A stretch of DNA of 64,000 bases from the human T2T-CHM13v2.0 reference genome, Homo sapiens. Below, in pieces: positions 1-14,325 of the stretch (positions within the stretch are counted from its first letter, which is position 1; every line of letters starts with the position of its first letter). The stretch lies in the NCBI RefSeq assembly GCF_009914755.1, contig NC_060947.1, one strand, 5' to 3'. A program made the translations under genes and the position numbers. Below the pieces are notes generated by a model. It did not search any database. It was not told the origin of the DNA and saw only the letters and a list, made by a program, of their open reading frames with translations.

Positions 1-83
1 ACCTCCCACCAGGCTCTACCAGCAACACTGGGGATCAAATTTCAACGTGAGACTTGGCAGGGCCAAACTATCCAAACCATGGC
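1..83 (-). mobile_element. MaLR LTR fragment (MST/THE1 type), cut by the window edge
   Basis: acctcccaccagg...aacactggggatcaaatttcaacgtgag...tccaaaccatggca resembles the reverse complement of the MST/THE1 LTR start (recalled consensus). Confidence 0.75.
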
Positions 84-172
84 ACTAATTTTTCATAAAT
101 TATGAGCAGTGTCTAAACCCATCCTTTTCATGTTTGATGGATCAAATAGTAAAGGAATACACTGTATCACGG

Positions 173-190
173 GTGTGTGTGTGTGTGTGT
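173..190. repeat. (GT)n microsatellite, about 9 units
   Basis: gtgtgtgtgtgtgtgtgt seen directly. Confidence 0.9.
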
Positions 191-296
191 TCATGTAGTT
201 ATAGCCTAACACCATCTGTCTTTCTTCCAGGGTACTTCTTTTTGTGTATATGCTCTGTATAATGTTAGCTTACACATGATGAGCTACTAGTCCTGA

Positions 297-480
297 ATCA
301 GTTAGCTACTGCCACATAACAAACCACTCTAAAGCTAAGTTGTTTAAAACAACCTCCATTTGTTGAACCGTGAGGAGACTCAGGTAGACTCCTCATGAGT
401 CTACAGGTCTGTTGAATGGTTTTTCTGAACTATGCTGGGCTGTCTGGGATTTATATTTCTGTGGTCAGCTGTGTATCATC
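297..480 (-). mobile_element. Degraded MLT1-type MaLR LTR fragment
   Basis: tcagttagctactgccacataacaaaccactctaaa...ttaaaacaacc is typical of an MLT1 end in reverse; boundaries approximate. Confidence 0.5.
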
Positions 481-1879
481 TAGGACAAAGCTGAGGTTAC
501 TTTGATGTCCAGAGGGGAGATTAACAGAGATATAGTTCTGTGGAGTAATCATCTGGGCTAAGGTTATATCTTCTCCATTACAGGGAGGTTAAATTTCTTA
601 TTAAAAGGAGTTGTAAAAGCAGGCATTATCTTAGTTTACATAGCCCATGCAGTGAACTAGATCATACTTTATGTGGACTGCTTTGTGAAGCTTCAGGAAG
701 CCCCTTTTAGGTTCATCATTACTTTATTTATTTATTAATTTTGGTCTACCATAAAAGACAGTGCCTTTGAAACAGCTCCACAACTTAAGTGATTATCAAT
801 CATCAATTCTTCATGGTATGACCACTCTGGAAACTTGGTGGGGAACGAGGGGGGCACTGAAAGGTTAAGAAGGCACAAGACAGGAAGGTAAAGATGAAAT
901 TCAATCTGATTTCACAGTTTGGCCCTAAGGAATACCCTTAATAGACCCAACGACCTCTTATCAGCCTCAGTTTAGTCTTGTTTTGAAATTAAAGTTAAGA
1001 GGGTAGTTAGGACGTTTAATGAGACAGATTGGATGGATGTGATGGAGACTGGTGGAGAAAGATAGAAGAATCCTAGAGGAAAGCAGAGGCTGGCTAATGC
1101 CACAACTAGAGCACTAAGCTTGGGAACATTTAAAATTCTATTTCCTTTCTCCTCTTTTAAAAGAAAATTGTATGTTTAATAGGATATGTGTTAGTATTAT
1201 ACAAAAAAGGAAATAGCTGCTTCTTATAACTGCCTACCAAACCCCTCTAGTTATAATTTGGTTTCATAATTATATTAAATCAGGTTGTAATCCCTTAAAA
1301 CTCAGCACCCTTTACCTGCTAATAGTGCAATCAGTCTAAATGCCATTTATAGTTAGTCTAGAGCTGAAAACAATATTTAAAACCAATTTTCAGTCTCAAT
1401 TCATGAAAAAAACCCCCATCACTCTATCTTATTTATAATAAACTCATTCGAGTAGATCCAGTCACAATATAAACAACTGATGGAAAATCCCTAGGAGGTT
1501 TTGGCTCATACATTCTGAGCAGACATGCTCTGGAAAACACAGACATTCTCAGAAAACTGCAGTCTGCTGAAAATGCCAGGAGAGTTCAGGAGACTGGACT
1601 CTTCATTAGGCCTTGGCATGTTTCATTGTTTTTGCATAGGGAATGGTGTCAACACTTCTTATCTGAACATCTGTATGTCCAACTCTTTTTTTCTAATCCT
1701 GTTTCAAATGGACAAGATCTTAGGACACAAGAGAAGATGTGTGCTTGGGACAAAGGTATGTGGATGCTACAACGTGATCCAGATTTTCACCCATGACAGC
1801 CGACTCTTGGTGGGTTGAAAAAGGTGGTAAGGCAGTTTCCATGGAGGTCAGGCAGCATGTGAATGACAGCTCGATGTGA

Positions 1880-2060
1880 TAGAGTAGTGAAAGTACAGAG
1901 GCTTTGGAGCTAGGTAGACATGCCTGAATTTTGACTCTACTATTACAAGCTGTGTTACCTAAGCAAACTTTGTAATCGTTCTGAGCTTCAGTTCCTTCAT
2001 CAAAAAAATGGAGAAAAATGTATCTATCTCCAAATGTTGCTACGATATTTAGATAATATT
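1880..2060 (+). mobile_element. MIR SINE
   Basis: MIR core motifs: ggctttggagctagg, gctgtgttacctaagcaa, ctgagcttcagttccttcatc. Confidence 0.7.
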
Positions 2061-2167
2061 ACATCTTTCCTCCCTTCCTCCTTCCTTCCTGCCTTTTTTC
2101 ATCCTTTCTTCCTCGATTTCTTTCATTCAACAACTATTTATTGAACACTGTGCCAGATGCCATCATT

Positions 2168-2631
2168 GTGCTGTCCATATTTCCTTGGATCCCTTTTTCA
2201 TTTCTGTGCACATGACTCCTGGTGTGCTGTTACTCTCAGAAGCCAGCGTCTGTGTTGCATTGTCAAAGGTTTGCCCTCAAACTGACAAAGGCCCATTTTG
2301 CCTGAATAACTAAAAGTGCCTAGAAATTTACATCCCTCTGTGGGCATCCCTTAAAAAATGATTGATAGGTGGGAAGAAATAAATGCTCCAGTCACAGTTT
2401 CCCCTTATGGGGACCACTCTGAGGTGTGACCTAGACTCCAGAACTTGCCTATGGGATTGAGTCAAAGTTACTATCCTTGGGAATTAATGTACTATCCTTG
2501 CTTGATTTCCTTCCCTTCCTAGTCCCATTTCCCTAGATCCCTACTGGTTTCCTGAGAACACCTCCTAATAATCCATTTTCACATGAATTCTTATTTCAGA
2601 GTTTGTTTCTGGCAAGCCCACCCCAAGTCAC
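2168..2631 (+). mobile_element. LTR16-family (ERVL) solo LTR, within L2 remnants
   Basis: ctctgaggtgtgacctagactccagaac...gggattgagtc and terminal ttctggcaagcccaccccaagtcaca resemble LTR16. Preceded by the L2-like cattcaacaactatttattgaacac. Confidence 0.6.
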
Positions 2632-2809
2632 ACACCTTTCACATATTCCATATTCTTCTATGTGCTAGGAATGTATGAACGAGTCAGATATAGTCTTACT
2701 CTCATGTTTTATTAACTAGAAACACTGTAGTGAGAACCCATGTTAAATAGGTTCCCACGATAAAGACTGCATTTTAGACATTCTGCAGAATTCTACATTT
2801 CTTCTAGAG

Positions 2810-3010
2810 TGGAAAGAGTATAGGTTTCAGAGTTACAACTTCCAAATTTGTGTCCCTACTCATTCACATATCAGCTGAAAAACATTGGGTGGCTGCATTT
2901 GACTTACTGAGCCTCACTTCTTCCATTTAAATAAGTTTATTAGCACCTGCGGTTCCAGACTCATGGGATTTCTATAGGGAGCACTAACAGAATACGTAAA
3001 AAGCCTTTTG
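2810..3010 (+). mobile_element. Degraded MIR SINE
   Basis: gtggaaagagtataggtttcagagt...ctgagcctcacttcttccattt. Confidence 0.5.
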
Positions 3011-5379
3011 AAACAGGGCACATAACCCAAACTTTATCACTACCTGGAGATGTTACGTCAACAACAAGCAAGAGCTTTGAAAAATAAAAGTACATTGTGT
3101 CATTTTTTAGGAAATGTTACATATTTTATAAGGCACTGCTTTACATTTAACTTCAATGTTTTTATCTTTGCTGAATTAAACAAGTGTGATTTGGTAGGGT
3201 CAGTAACAACATCATAAGCTTGGTATGGTTAAAATGAAGATCAGGCTGATGCATAAAACAGGCAATGCTACGGGTGACAGCAAAATGTAAACACACGTCT
3301 TGGGGTTCTGCTGAGTGTAAAGCGTTGAAAAAGAACAGAGTAAGGAAGCAAGTCCCTTGAAGAATCCCTGCCCCTAGCATACCCTACCCACCTATCAGTG
3401 CCAAGGAATTAATAGCTGCCTCATGTAACTCCATCTTCTGTGGATGGACTGCCAATCATCCTGTCTCCTTCAATGCTGTAGAAAGATTCCCTTTGACATA
3501 CTCCATCCTGATGTTAGAGAACCAGGCTCAACACTTTTTTGGGAATCCCTGTGCCTACATGATACTGCTTCTGGAAGCTAAAGCCCTGAGATGCCTGATT
3601 TGCTCTTTCCGGAGTTAATTATGTCCACACATAATTTTGATGGTAAAATCCAAAGTGGGTTAAGCAAAAGGAGATATTTCTTGAATAGATACAAGGATAT
3701 CTCCAAGATCTTAAGGGCAATACCTACAATCAGGCCTCAGTAGGGACTGGAAACAGGACCTGGAAAGTCAACATAATTCAAGGCAGACCTCTCCTATCTG
3801 TATTCATATCTCTCTTTGGAGTATATGGTCTTTTATATCTTCTCATCTCTATTAGTGGCTTCTTTTTTATTATTCCTCAAGGCTGATTCTTCTGCCATGT
3901 TTATGCATGGAATGTCATAGCTGCCTCTAAATGGTGGCCTTTAGTCAAGTTTCTATCAGTTTATAAGATGACTGCCTATAGGTAGTTTTACTGACCTTTC
4001 TGTGTCCCAATACCGAATGGCGAAAGAGTTTTTTTTTTTTTTTTTTTTTCTGCCAATATAGGTTCTGAATTGGTTTCCCTGAGTTAAGTGTCTACTTTTG
4101 GTCCAATTAGCTGTGGTCAACAAGTGGTGGAGACACGGCAACGACGTGGCTTCGGGGTCTCACTTCTCAGAGGGAGGAGGATTGATGAAGTGGAGCTCAG
4201 GATGGGCACATACTCTGAAACATTTACTACAGTGATTCATGTGTATTTCTTGGGTTGCTAGCTATGTTTCTACCACCCACGTTTATTTAGCTCTCAGAAG
4301 AAAAATCCCCACAAACCAAGCAGCCAAAGACAAGTTCAACAGAACCATCTGGACTCCACAAAATTTGACATCATATTGGCTTATCTTAAACCCATTCTTT
4401 TGAAACTTACAGTCTTCTGACAGTTGGTTCCCAAGCATGGAGGACTACATTTATATACAAAAGGGTACTATTAAGGCCTTTTACTAATATAGAATCTTTG
4501 ATTATTCTGGTATATTTTTCAAACGGATTTCTAAAAACTTTTATTTCATTATATTCTTGGTATATTCCTGTGAATTTTGGTGGGACATCCATTTCAGTGA
4601 AGAATAAACAAGCCTGCATTGCTGTCAACTATTATATCAGCACAGAAATTGGCCTCATTAAAGCTGAGATGGGCTTTAATTTCTACAATCCGATGCATGT
4701 TTTATGGCTAAAGTAAAATAAGATATAAAGGAGAAAAGAAGGAGAAAGAGAATCCGCTTTTGTGGCTCCAACAGATCTTTCCAGTTGGTTTTCTCTTAAA
4801 GCCCTCTGGGTTGGGGGGCGGGAGGAAACACTATTTCTTTCCAGCAAGCTGCACTTGCAAGAAGCTATGGGAAGTTATTGTTCTCTACCAGAATGCTGCT
4901 GCTGCAAAAGATGAATCCAATCTTACAAGACAGCCAAGTTCTTTTGTCTTCACAGAAAGGAGCCTATAGGCCTAGAACCCGGCAGATGTGGTCATTTTAA
5001 AGAGCTTGGAAACTTTCAGGTGGGTTAAGATGTGACTGGGCTGTGGGCAGGACCATGGAATCAGCCATGCACATCATTCAGTTTTGGGAGTGGAGAGACT
5101 TTCTCACTTAAATCAAGGCTTTAAAATACAACATCTTCTACCTCAGGCAAAGCTTGGACAAAGTAGAGATGCTTTTTTGTGGCTTTGAAAGGAACAATAA
5201 ACCCTGACAATTTTCTCCTAGGTATGATGACTCTTGCTCTTACTCTCATGAGGGCAGACCCGTGGAGACCAGAGGTGAATACAAGATTTTGTGAATCAGG
5301 GGTCAGAACTGGGCTTGTCCTGCCAAAGCTTGCATGGAAGTTGTCATGCTTGTTAGCAAGCTGTTTGAGTAGAAGCCTG

Positions 5380-5805
5380 GATCCTTTCCATCTGCCACTC
5401 CAGGTCCACCTTCTGCTTTTTTCCCATCCTGCTCTGTCCTAGCAGGTTGATTCTTATTGTCTGCTCCTATGGGTTCCCTGGCTTTTTAGCCCCTAGTTGA
5501 TTTTGGCCAATGAAGCCCCAGGAAGAGCTAGGTAGGTAGGAGGAGAGGAGAATGAGATCAGGGTTTTTATTCCCTCATCTCCTTCCCTGCCCAGTCATTG
5601 CCGGTTGGCTGCTTCTACTGAAGGCTACAACTCCTGTTAGATTGCCTGTGCCCTTGCCTTCTCAGGCATAAGAGTCGTAACAGCTTCTTTATACGCTATT
5701 CCCAGAGTACTGGATTATCCATTGTTGGGTTCCTTTTAATAGTCCTTTGTTAAGCTCACACCATTTGAATGTGCCCGTCTCTTTACTGCCAGGCTCCTGC
5801 TATGC
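5380..5805 (+). mobile_element. LTR33-family (ERVL) solo LTR
   Basis: ttttggccaatgaagccccagg...gagatcagggtttttattccc...tttgaatgtgcccgtctctttactgccagg resembles LTR33; boundaries approximate. Confidence 0.55.
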
Positions 5806-8800
5806 AAGTAGGAATAATGCTCACCTCTCAGGGGAGGAGGATTGATGGCTTCCTCTCGCCATATCTGCTTCCAGCACTCTAACCTGCTTCATGTTCAGAC
5901 AAAAAAGTCAACCAATGTGGTATTTTTTTCAGGAATACTGGAAGGATGTTCTGCAAAAAATACCTTCTATGCCCCACTTCCCTTGTAATGTCTTTATTAG
6001 GAGATTAAATCTTTCATTCTATTTAGAGATAAGGTTTTAATTGCAAAGATCCTTAGGAGAGGCATCATATCCCATTCAATAGTTTAAGAATAATTGAGAG
6101 GATTAACATTAGGTTCTAGATATTGAGAACAAAAAGGTTGTCCCTGATCTCAAGGAGTTTATACTGTAGGCCAATAATTGATACTAAATTCTTTCTTGAG
6201 GATTCAGGGGATCATAGCAGATGGGAGGCAGGACTAGATTGCAGCTCCAGATAGAGCAGCACGCGGAGGCTTACATTGTGAAGCGGAGGCTTGCATTGTG
6301 AATTTTAGCTCCAGATCCACTGCAGGAAGAAACCAGCAATCCCAAGAGAACCCACAGACCCTCTGAAGGAAACGGACTGCTCCTGCAGGGCCCGAGAGAC
6401 ACCCCAAATACTGTGAGTGCCCCAATTGTGAAGGTGGGAAAGGGAGACTGCCTCTCCCGAATCACTAGAGAAGCTGAAGGTCTGTTTGCAGGAGAAGTTT
6501 CCAACTTTACCTGGAGCTGAGTCAAGTTAGAGAGAGGAGTGAAATACAAGGGCAGAGGAAGCAGCAGAAAGGCCCTGGGAGCTCGCTGGGTCCCCAAGCA
6601 GCCCATTCCTGCCTGGCACCACAGGGATCCATTGGGAGGGTGGCCAGAGGAACAGGGGGTAAAACTCCACAGGGAGAAGGAATTCTCTAGCTGAACTTCG
6701 TAACAATTTGAGCGAGGAGAGAAGCCTCCTAGCCAGAACTTGGGGGAGGGCACAAATTGGGTATGCAGACTTCACAGGCAGAGGAAGAACTAAAGCCCTT
6801 TTCTCTCACAGCTGGGAGGCACATAGCCTGGGGCAAGTTTTCAAGTCAATCTTGCCCTCCACCTGGAAAAAGACTTGGGGCTGTTGGTGGGGGGCACAGT
6901 GGGAGCGAGACTGGTCCTTCAGTTTGCATGGGAGCTGCGTGAGGCCTGTGACTGCTGGCTTTCCCCCACTTCGCTGACAACCTGCATGACTCAGCAGAGG
7001 CAGCCATAGTCCTCCTAGGTACACAACTCCAGTGACTTGGGAATCTCACCCCTATCCCCCACAGCAGCCGCAGCAAGACCCACCCAAGGAGAGTCTGAGC
7101 TCAGACACACCTAGCCCCACCCCCACCTGATGCTCCTTCCCTATCTACCCTGGTAGTAGAAAGCAAAGGGCACATAATCTTGGGAGTTCTAGGGCCCCAC
7201 CCACTGCCGGTCCGTCTCCACACTACTACAGCTGATGCTTTCTGGAAAGCGTCACCTCCTGGCAGGAGGCCAACCAGCACAAAAATAGAGCGTTAAACCA
7301 CTAAAGCTAAGGAACCTTGCAGAGTCCATTGCACCCTCTGCCACCTCCACTGGAGCAGGTGCTGGTATCCGTGGCTGAGAGATCCATAGACGGTTCACAT
7401 CACAGGACTCTGTGTGGACAACCCCCAGTACCAGCCCAGAGCCAGGTAGACTTGCTGGGTGGCTAGACCCAGAAGAGAGACAACAATCACTGCAGTTCGG
7501 TTCACAGGAAGCCACATCTATAGGAAAAGAGGGAGAGTACTACATCAAGGGAACACCCTGTGGGACAAAAGAATCTGAACAACAACCTTCAGCCCTAGAC
7601 CTTCCCTCTGACAGAGCCTACCCAAATGAGAAGGAGCCAGAAAACATGGTTCCTGAATTCCAGAAAGAATTCAGGAGGTTAGTTATTAAGCTAATCAGGG
7701 AGGGAACAGAGAAAGGTGAAGCCCAAAGCAAGGAAATCCAAAAAATGATACAAAAGTGAAGGGAGAAATATTCATGGAAATAGACAGCTTAAAGAAAAAA
7801 ACAATAAAAAACTCAGGAAACTTTTGACACACTTTTAGAAATGCGAAATGCTCTGGAAAGTCTCAGCAATAGAACTGAACAAGAGAACAAATAAATTCAG
7901 AGCTCGAAGACAAGATCTTCTAATTAACCCAATCCAACAAAGAAAAAAGAGTAAGAAAATATGAACAAAACCTCCAAGAAGCCTGGGATTATGTTAAATG
8001 ACCAAACCTAAGAATAATTGATGTACCTGAGAAAGAAGAGAATTCTGAAAGCCTGAAAAACCTATTTGGGGGAATAATCAAGGAAAACTTCCCTGGCCTT
8101 GCAAGAGACCTAGACACCCAAATACAAGAAGCACAAAGAAGATCTGGGAACTTCATCACAAAAAGATCTTCGCCTAGGCACACTGTCTTCAGGTTATCCA
8201 AATTTAAGACGAAGGAAAGAATCTTAAGAGCTGTGAGACAGAAGAACCATGTAACCTATAAAGGAAATCCTATCAGATTAACAGCAGATTTCACAGCAGA
8301 AACCCTACAAGCTAGAAGGGATTGGGGACCTATTTTCAGCTTCCTCAAACAAAACAAGTATCAGCCAAAAATTTTGTATCCAGCGAAACTAAGAAACATA
8401 TATGAAGGAAAGATACAGTCGTTTTCAGACAAACAAATGCTGAGAGAATTCACCATTACCAAACCACCACTACAAGCACTGCTAAAAGGAGTCCTAAGTC
8501 TTGAAACAAATCCTGGAAACACATCAAGACAGAACCTCTTTAAAGCATAAATCACACAGGACCTATACAACAAAAATATAAAAGCAAAAACAAAAAACAA
8601 ACAAAAAACCAAAGTACACAGGCAACAAAGAACACAACGAAAGCAATGGTACTTCACATTTCAATAGCATCATTGAATGTAAATGGCCTAAATGCTCCAT
8701 TTAAAAGATACAGAACTGCAGAATAGATAAGAACTCACCAACCATCTGCTGCCTCAGGAGACTCGCCCAACACATAAGGACTCACATAAACTTAAAGTAA

Positions 8801-11800
8801 AGGGGTAGAAAAAGGGATTTCATGCAAATGGACGCCAAAAGGAAGCAGGGGTAGCTATTCTTATATCAGACAAAACAAACTTTAAAGTGGGCAAATTCAG
8901 GTTCTCCGGCACCGTAGTGGTAGTCGCTGGCCCAAGTTAGAGGCCAACTGAGAAGTCTTCGTGCCTTAGATTTGTTGACCTACAGAATGCTTCAATATCC
9001 ATATTTTTGTAGAATGTATAAAGAATGTCTTTCATGTTGTTTGGAATCTGGCATACCTAATTTAGGTGTCTGGCCAAAAAGAATACATACTACAGCAGAA
9101 AAATATAAAGAATATGAAGCCCAGGAGCAAACAGATCAAACTCAAGCCCAGGAGTTAAACAGATCTCAAGATAGAGATTTTGAAACTATTGGTAAATTAC
9201 ATATTCCAGCAATGGTGGATGAAGTTGTTCATTGTTTGTCACCACAAAAAGGACAGGTTTTTCTAGATATGATATTTGGTTCAGGAGGGCACACAAAAGC
9301 TATTCTACAGAAGGAGTCAGATGTTGTTCTGTATGCCTTGGACAGAGACGCAACAGCTTCTGCATTAGCTGAACATCTTTCAGAGCTGTATCCTAAACAA
9401 ATCCGAGCTATGCTGGGCTAGTTCAGCCAGGCTGAAGCCTTATTAATGAAGGCTGGAGTGCAGCCAGGGACTACTGACGGAGTTCTTATGGATCTTGGGT
9501 GTTCCTCCATACAACTTGATACTCCCGAAAGAGGGTTTTCTCTTCAGAAAGATGGCCCCTTAGACATGAGGATCATGATGATGGATGGTGGCAGGTACCC
9601 TGACATGCCCACTGCTGCTAATGTTGTGAATGCTTTAGATCAACAGGTACTTGCATCTATCCTAAGAACATATGGGGAAGAGAAGCATGCCAAGAAAATC
9701 GCTTCAGCACACAGCATCTACCCCATCACCAGAACCAAGCAGCTTGCCAGCATCATCACAGGAGCATTTCCTCCCTCTGCTATTTATGCACGAAAAGACT
9801 TGCTACAATGATCTACTCATATTGCCACCAAGACTTTCCAGGCTCTTTGCATATTTGTGAACAATGAGCTCAATGAACTCTACACAGGACTGAAGACAGC
9901 TCAGAAGTTTCTGAGACCTGGTGGTTGCCTTGTTGCCCTCTCCTTCCATTCACTACAGGATTGCATCGTCAAAAGATGTTTGCTTAGAATAAGCACGACA
10001 GAAAGGTTTAACCTAAGTGTTAGACAGCAAGTGATGAAAACACTGCAACTGGGTTCAGATCACGAAAACACGGAAGAAGTCTCTATGAGAAGAGCTCCTT
10101 TAATGTGAGAATTGATACACAAGAAGGTACTTAGTCCACAAGATCAGGATGTACAAGATAACCCTAGAGGGTGCTCAGCCAAGCTTAGAGGAGCTATCAA
10201 ATTATAAGTCACCATCATCTTATTCTTCAAATTTTTTTCTCACAATTTCTCTAACCTTCACTCGTGTTATGTTCCTGAACACCTTGATATAGGTTTAAGT
10301 GTGGGACAGTCTGAAAAGTGATAGCATTTAGCATTTTTTTCCCCTCAAAAAGAAACTGTAGGAAATATTACCATGAAAGTTCCACTCAGGGAGCAGCAGC
10401 ATCTCAAGACTGGAAAAATGTGTTAATCTTTACATCATATTGGACTCTTGAAATGCAGTCCTTCCTCTGGCCAGGAAATTTTATTTAAATAATACTATGT
10501 TGTGTTTATCTAAATATGTAAACCCAAGCTGTCAAATCATACCTGCATGTCCTAAATTTTGAACTTAGATATTTGCAACAGTCTTTCTCTGGCTCAAATG
10601 ATGATGATTATGGATGAATTTTAACGTCCCTACTTGTGAATAATTACTATAGCTTTGTCAAATGTAGGCTTTTTACAAATTTTAAATTTTAAAATATTAG
10701 TTTACGTGTTATACTGATAAAATTTCATTTTTCAAATTATAGTCTATTATTTCAAAGAGATTTTTCAGTACGATATGGGCCATTTTGTTCATATATAGCA
10801 AAGTAAAAATGTAAAATCCTTACAGCGAATTGTTTGACAAAACTTATATTTCATGTCAATTTATTTAATAATAGCTCACAATGCCTTTAGTACATAATAA
10901 AGTCTTTTATTAGAATCTTATATGTTTTAATTGAGCTAATCAAAATAATTCAGCCAAGTCTATTCGAAATAGAAAACTATTTAATATAGTAAAATCAATG
11001 CTCCCTTAACGGTGTTACAAAGATATGGTAACTGTAATAAGGGTAAAAGTTTATTCAAGAAAAGAGTACTTGGTAGAAGATTCTTTAACAAATTGATGAG
11101 ATTGATTCATAATTCACATGTCAACTTTTTATATGTAATATGTACTTCTAATTTATTCAGTTATTCATCAATAACTGAAAGCAAAGTAAAAAGGTAAAAT
11201 CAAGCAAGTACTGAACTTGTCATTAGAAAAGCAAAGGTAAGTACAATATACATGGCCCACAGTACATGTCCTATAGAGTTTAGTAGAGGAAAATTATGTT
11301 AATTATAATCACAAAAATCAATATAAAATGGACATAGTGGCAAATACTACAAACAAGTCGTACTTGGTACTGTAAGAGCATCTAGTAAGGATTTTATCTG
11401 TTGTCAGAAACCAGGTATGAGAACATAATACTTGAATTGTGACCTGAAGGATGAGTTGGAGATAATTAGTCAAAGGGCACTTGGGGTATGGAAGGGGACA
11501 TGTTGATTAACGGTACACATAAATAAATATTCTCTTAAATAGATATCCTTGAAATCATATTTATACCATTGATTTGCTCAGTAAACATTTTTCAAATACA
11601 GAAAAAAGGTTCTCCATTATGGTTACAAATTTTAAGTTGGTGGATCCAAGTGAATGAAATATCAGCATAACTGTATGGGCAAAATAGATAAGAATTAAAT
11701 ACATGAATTTACCTCAGACTTATTTTATCTACCTCTGTAATATTTAACTTTAGTACCCAGGCTTGTTTACTACTTCTGCTTTACAGGCTTTATTTAAATC

Positions 11801-12107
11801 TGAACAATCCTACAGGGAAATCAGAATTAGAAAAAAAAAAATCTGGAGAACAATATGCTTCAAATAGAAACAAGAGAATGCAACTAGGTTAATTCTCTGA
11901 ATCCTACTTGAAGAATGTATAAAGTTCTCTTTGCCTGCAACACATATTTGTGAATGAGACATATTCCCCAAAAATTCTTATCCCTGTACGTAATTGGAAA
12001 ATAAAAGATCACATTTGTATATTCAACAACCATTCACCTATTTCGTAAGTCATTTTTTCATCCTTTATAGTATGGGAATTATTTTTTATGTTAAATAGAA
12101 ACTGAAT

Positions 12108-12848
<741 letters not shown>

Positions 12849-13125
12849 TCTGACAGAAAAAAATCTCGGATAATATGCATGAGAAAAATCTTTCAATAAA
12901 CACAAAATTGGTATCAAAATGTTTTCATGTAAAAATAGATTAACTTTTCTGTAATTAGGCTGTGTTTTATAGTCATTCTTGCCTACTTCTTAGTCTTTGT
13001 TGTAGGATGCATAATAAAATACATGAATGAGTTTTAAATGGTTAACTTTGGAGAAAGGTTTTGGGAAGCTCATACAGTACACAGAAATAAAAGCTGATGT
13101 TACAATGAATGTACATTACTTTTCT

Positions 13126-13131
13126 AATAAA
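13126..13131 (+). promoter_or_regulatory. Polyadenylation signal carried by the METTL15 retrocopy
   Basis: AATAAA 17 nt upstream of the retained poly(A) tail. Confidence 0.85.
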
Positions 13132-14325
13132 ATATTTCTGAAATATTCAAAAAAAAAAAAAACAACACACCAAACTTTAAAGCAATAGTGGTTAAAAGAG
13201 ACAAAGAGGGACAGTATATAATGGTAAAAGGCCTTGTCCAACAGGAAAATATCATAATCCTAAACATATATGCACCTAACATCAGAGCTCCCAAAGTTAT
13301 AAAACAATTACTAATAGACCTAAGAAATGAGATAGATAGCAACACAATAATAGTGGTGGGCTTTAATACTCCACTGACAGCACTAGACAGGTCATCAAGA
13401 CAGACAGTCAACAAAGAAACAATGGATTTAAACTATACCTTGGAACAAATGGACTTAACAGGTATATACAGAATATTTCATCCAACAACCACAGAATACA
13501 CATTCTATTCAACAGTGCATGGAACGTTCTCCAAGACACAGCATATGATGGGCCATAAAATGAGCCTCAGTAAATTTAAGAAAACTGAAATTATAACAAG
13601 CACTCTCTCAGACCACAGTGAAAAAAAACCGGAAATCAACTTCAAAACGAACCTTCAAAACCATGCAAATACATGGAAATTAAATAATCTGCTCCTGAAT
13701 GAGCATTGGGTCAAAAACGAAATCAAGATGGAAATTTAAAAATTATTCGAACTGAATGACAAAAATGACACAACCTATCAAAACCTCTGCGATACAGAAA
13801 AGGTGGTGCTAAAAGGAAAGTTCATAGCCCTAAATGCCTACATCAAAAAGTCTGAAAGAGCACAAACAGACAATCTAAGGCTAGAGAACTAGAGAACTTA
13901 AAGAACTAGAGAAACAAGAAAAGACCAAACCCAAACCCAGCAGAAGAAAGGAAATAACCAAGATTAGAGCAGAACTGAATGAAATTGAAACAAAAAAAAA
14001 ATACAAACAATAAATGAAACAAAAAGCTGGTTATTTGAAAAGGTAAATAAAATTGATAGACCATTAGCAAGATTAACTGAGAAAAGAAGAGAGAAAATCC
14101 AAATAACCTCACTAAGAAATGAAACAGGAGATATTACAACTGACACCACTGAAATACAAAAGATCATTCAAGGCTACTATGAACACCTTTACTCACATAA
14201 ACTAGAAAATCTAGAAGAGGTGGATAAATTCCTGGAAAAATACAACCCTCCTAGCTTAAATCAGGAAGAATTAGATACCCTGAACAGACCAATAACAAAC
14301 AGCAAGATTGAAATGGCAATTAAAA

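Noticed and set aside
6234-7759. Cluster of overlapping ORFs up to 160 aa
   Set aside because: These are chance ORFs in the GC-richer L1PB 5'UTR with no recognisable protein similarity.
8972-10108. RsmH/MraW-like methyltransferase ORFs next to reverse transcriptase and endonuclease ORFs, read as a novel RT-associated or bacterial system
   Set aside because: The methyltransferase is a disrupted METTL15 retrocopy with poly(A) and TSD, and the RT/EN pieces are a dead LINE-1. Their adjacency is explained by nested insertion.
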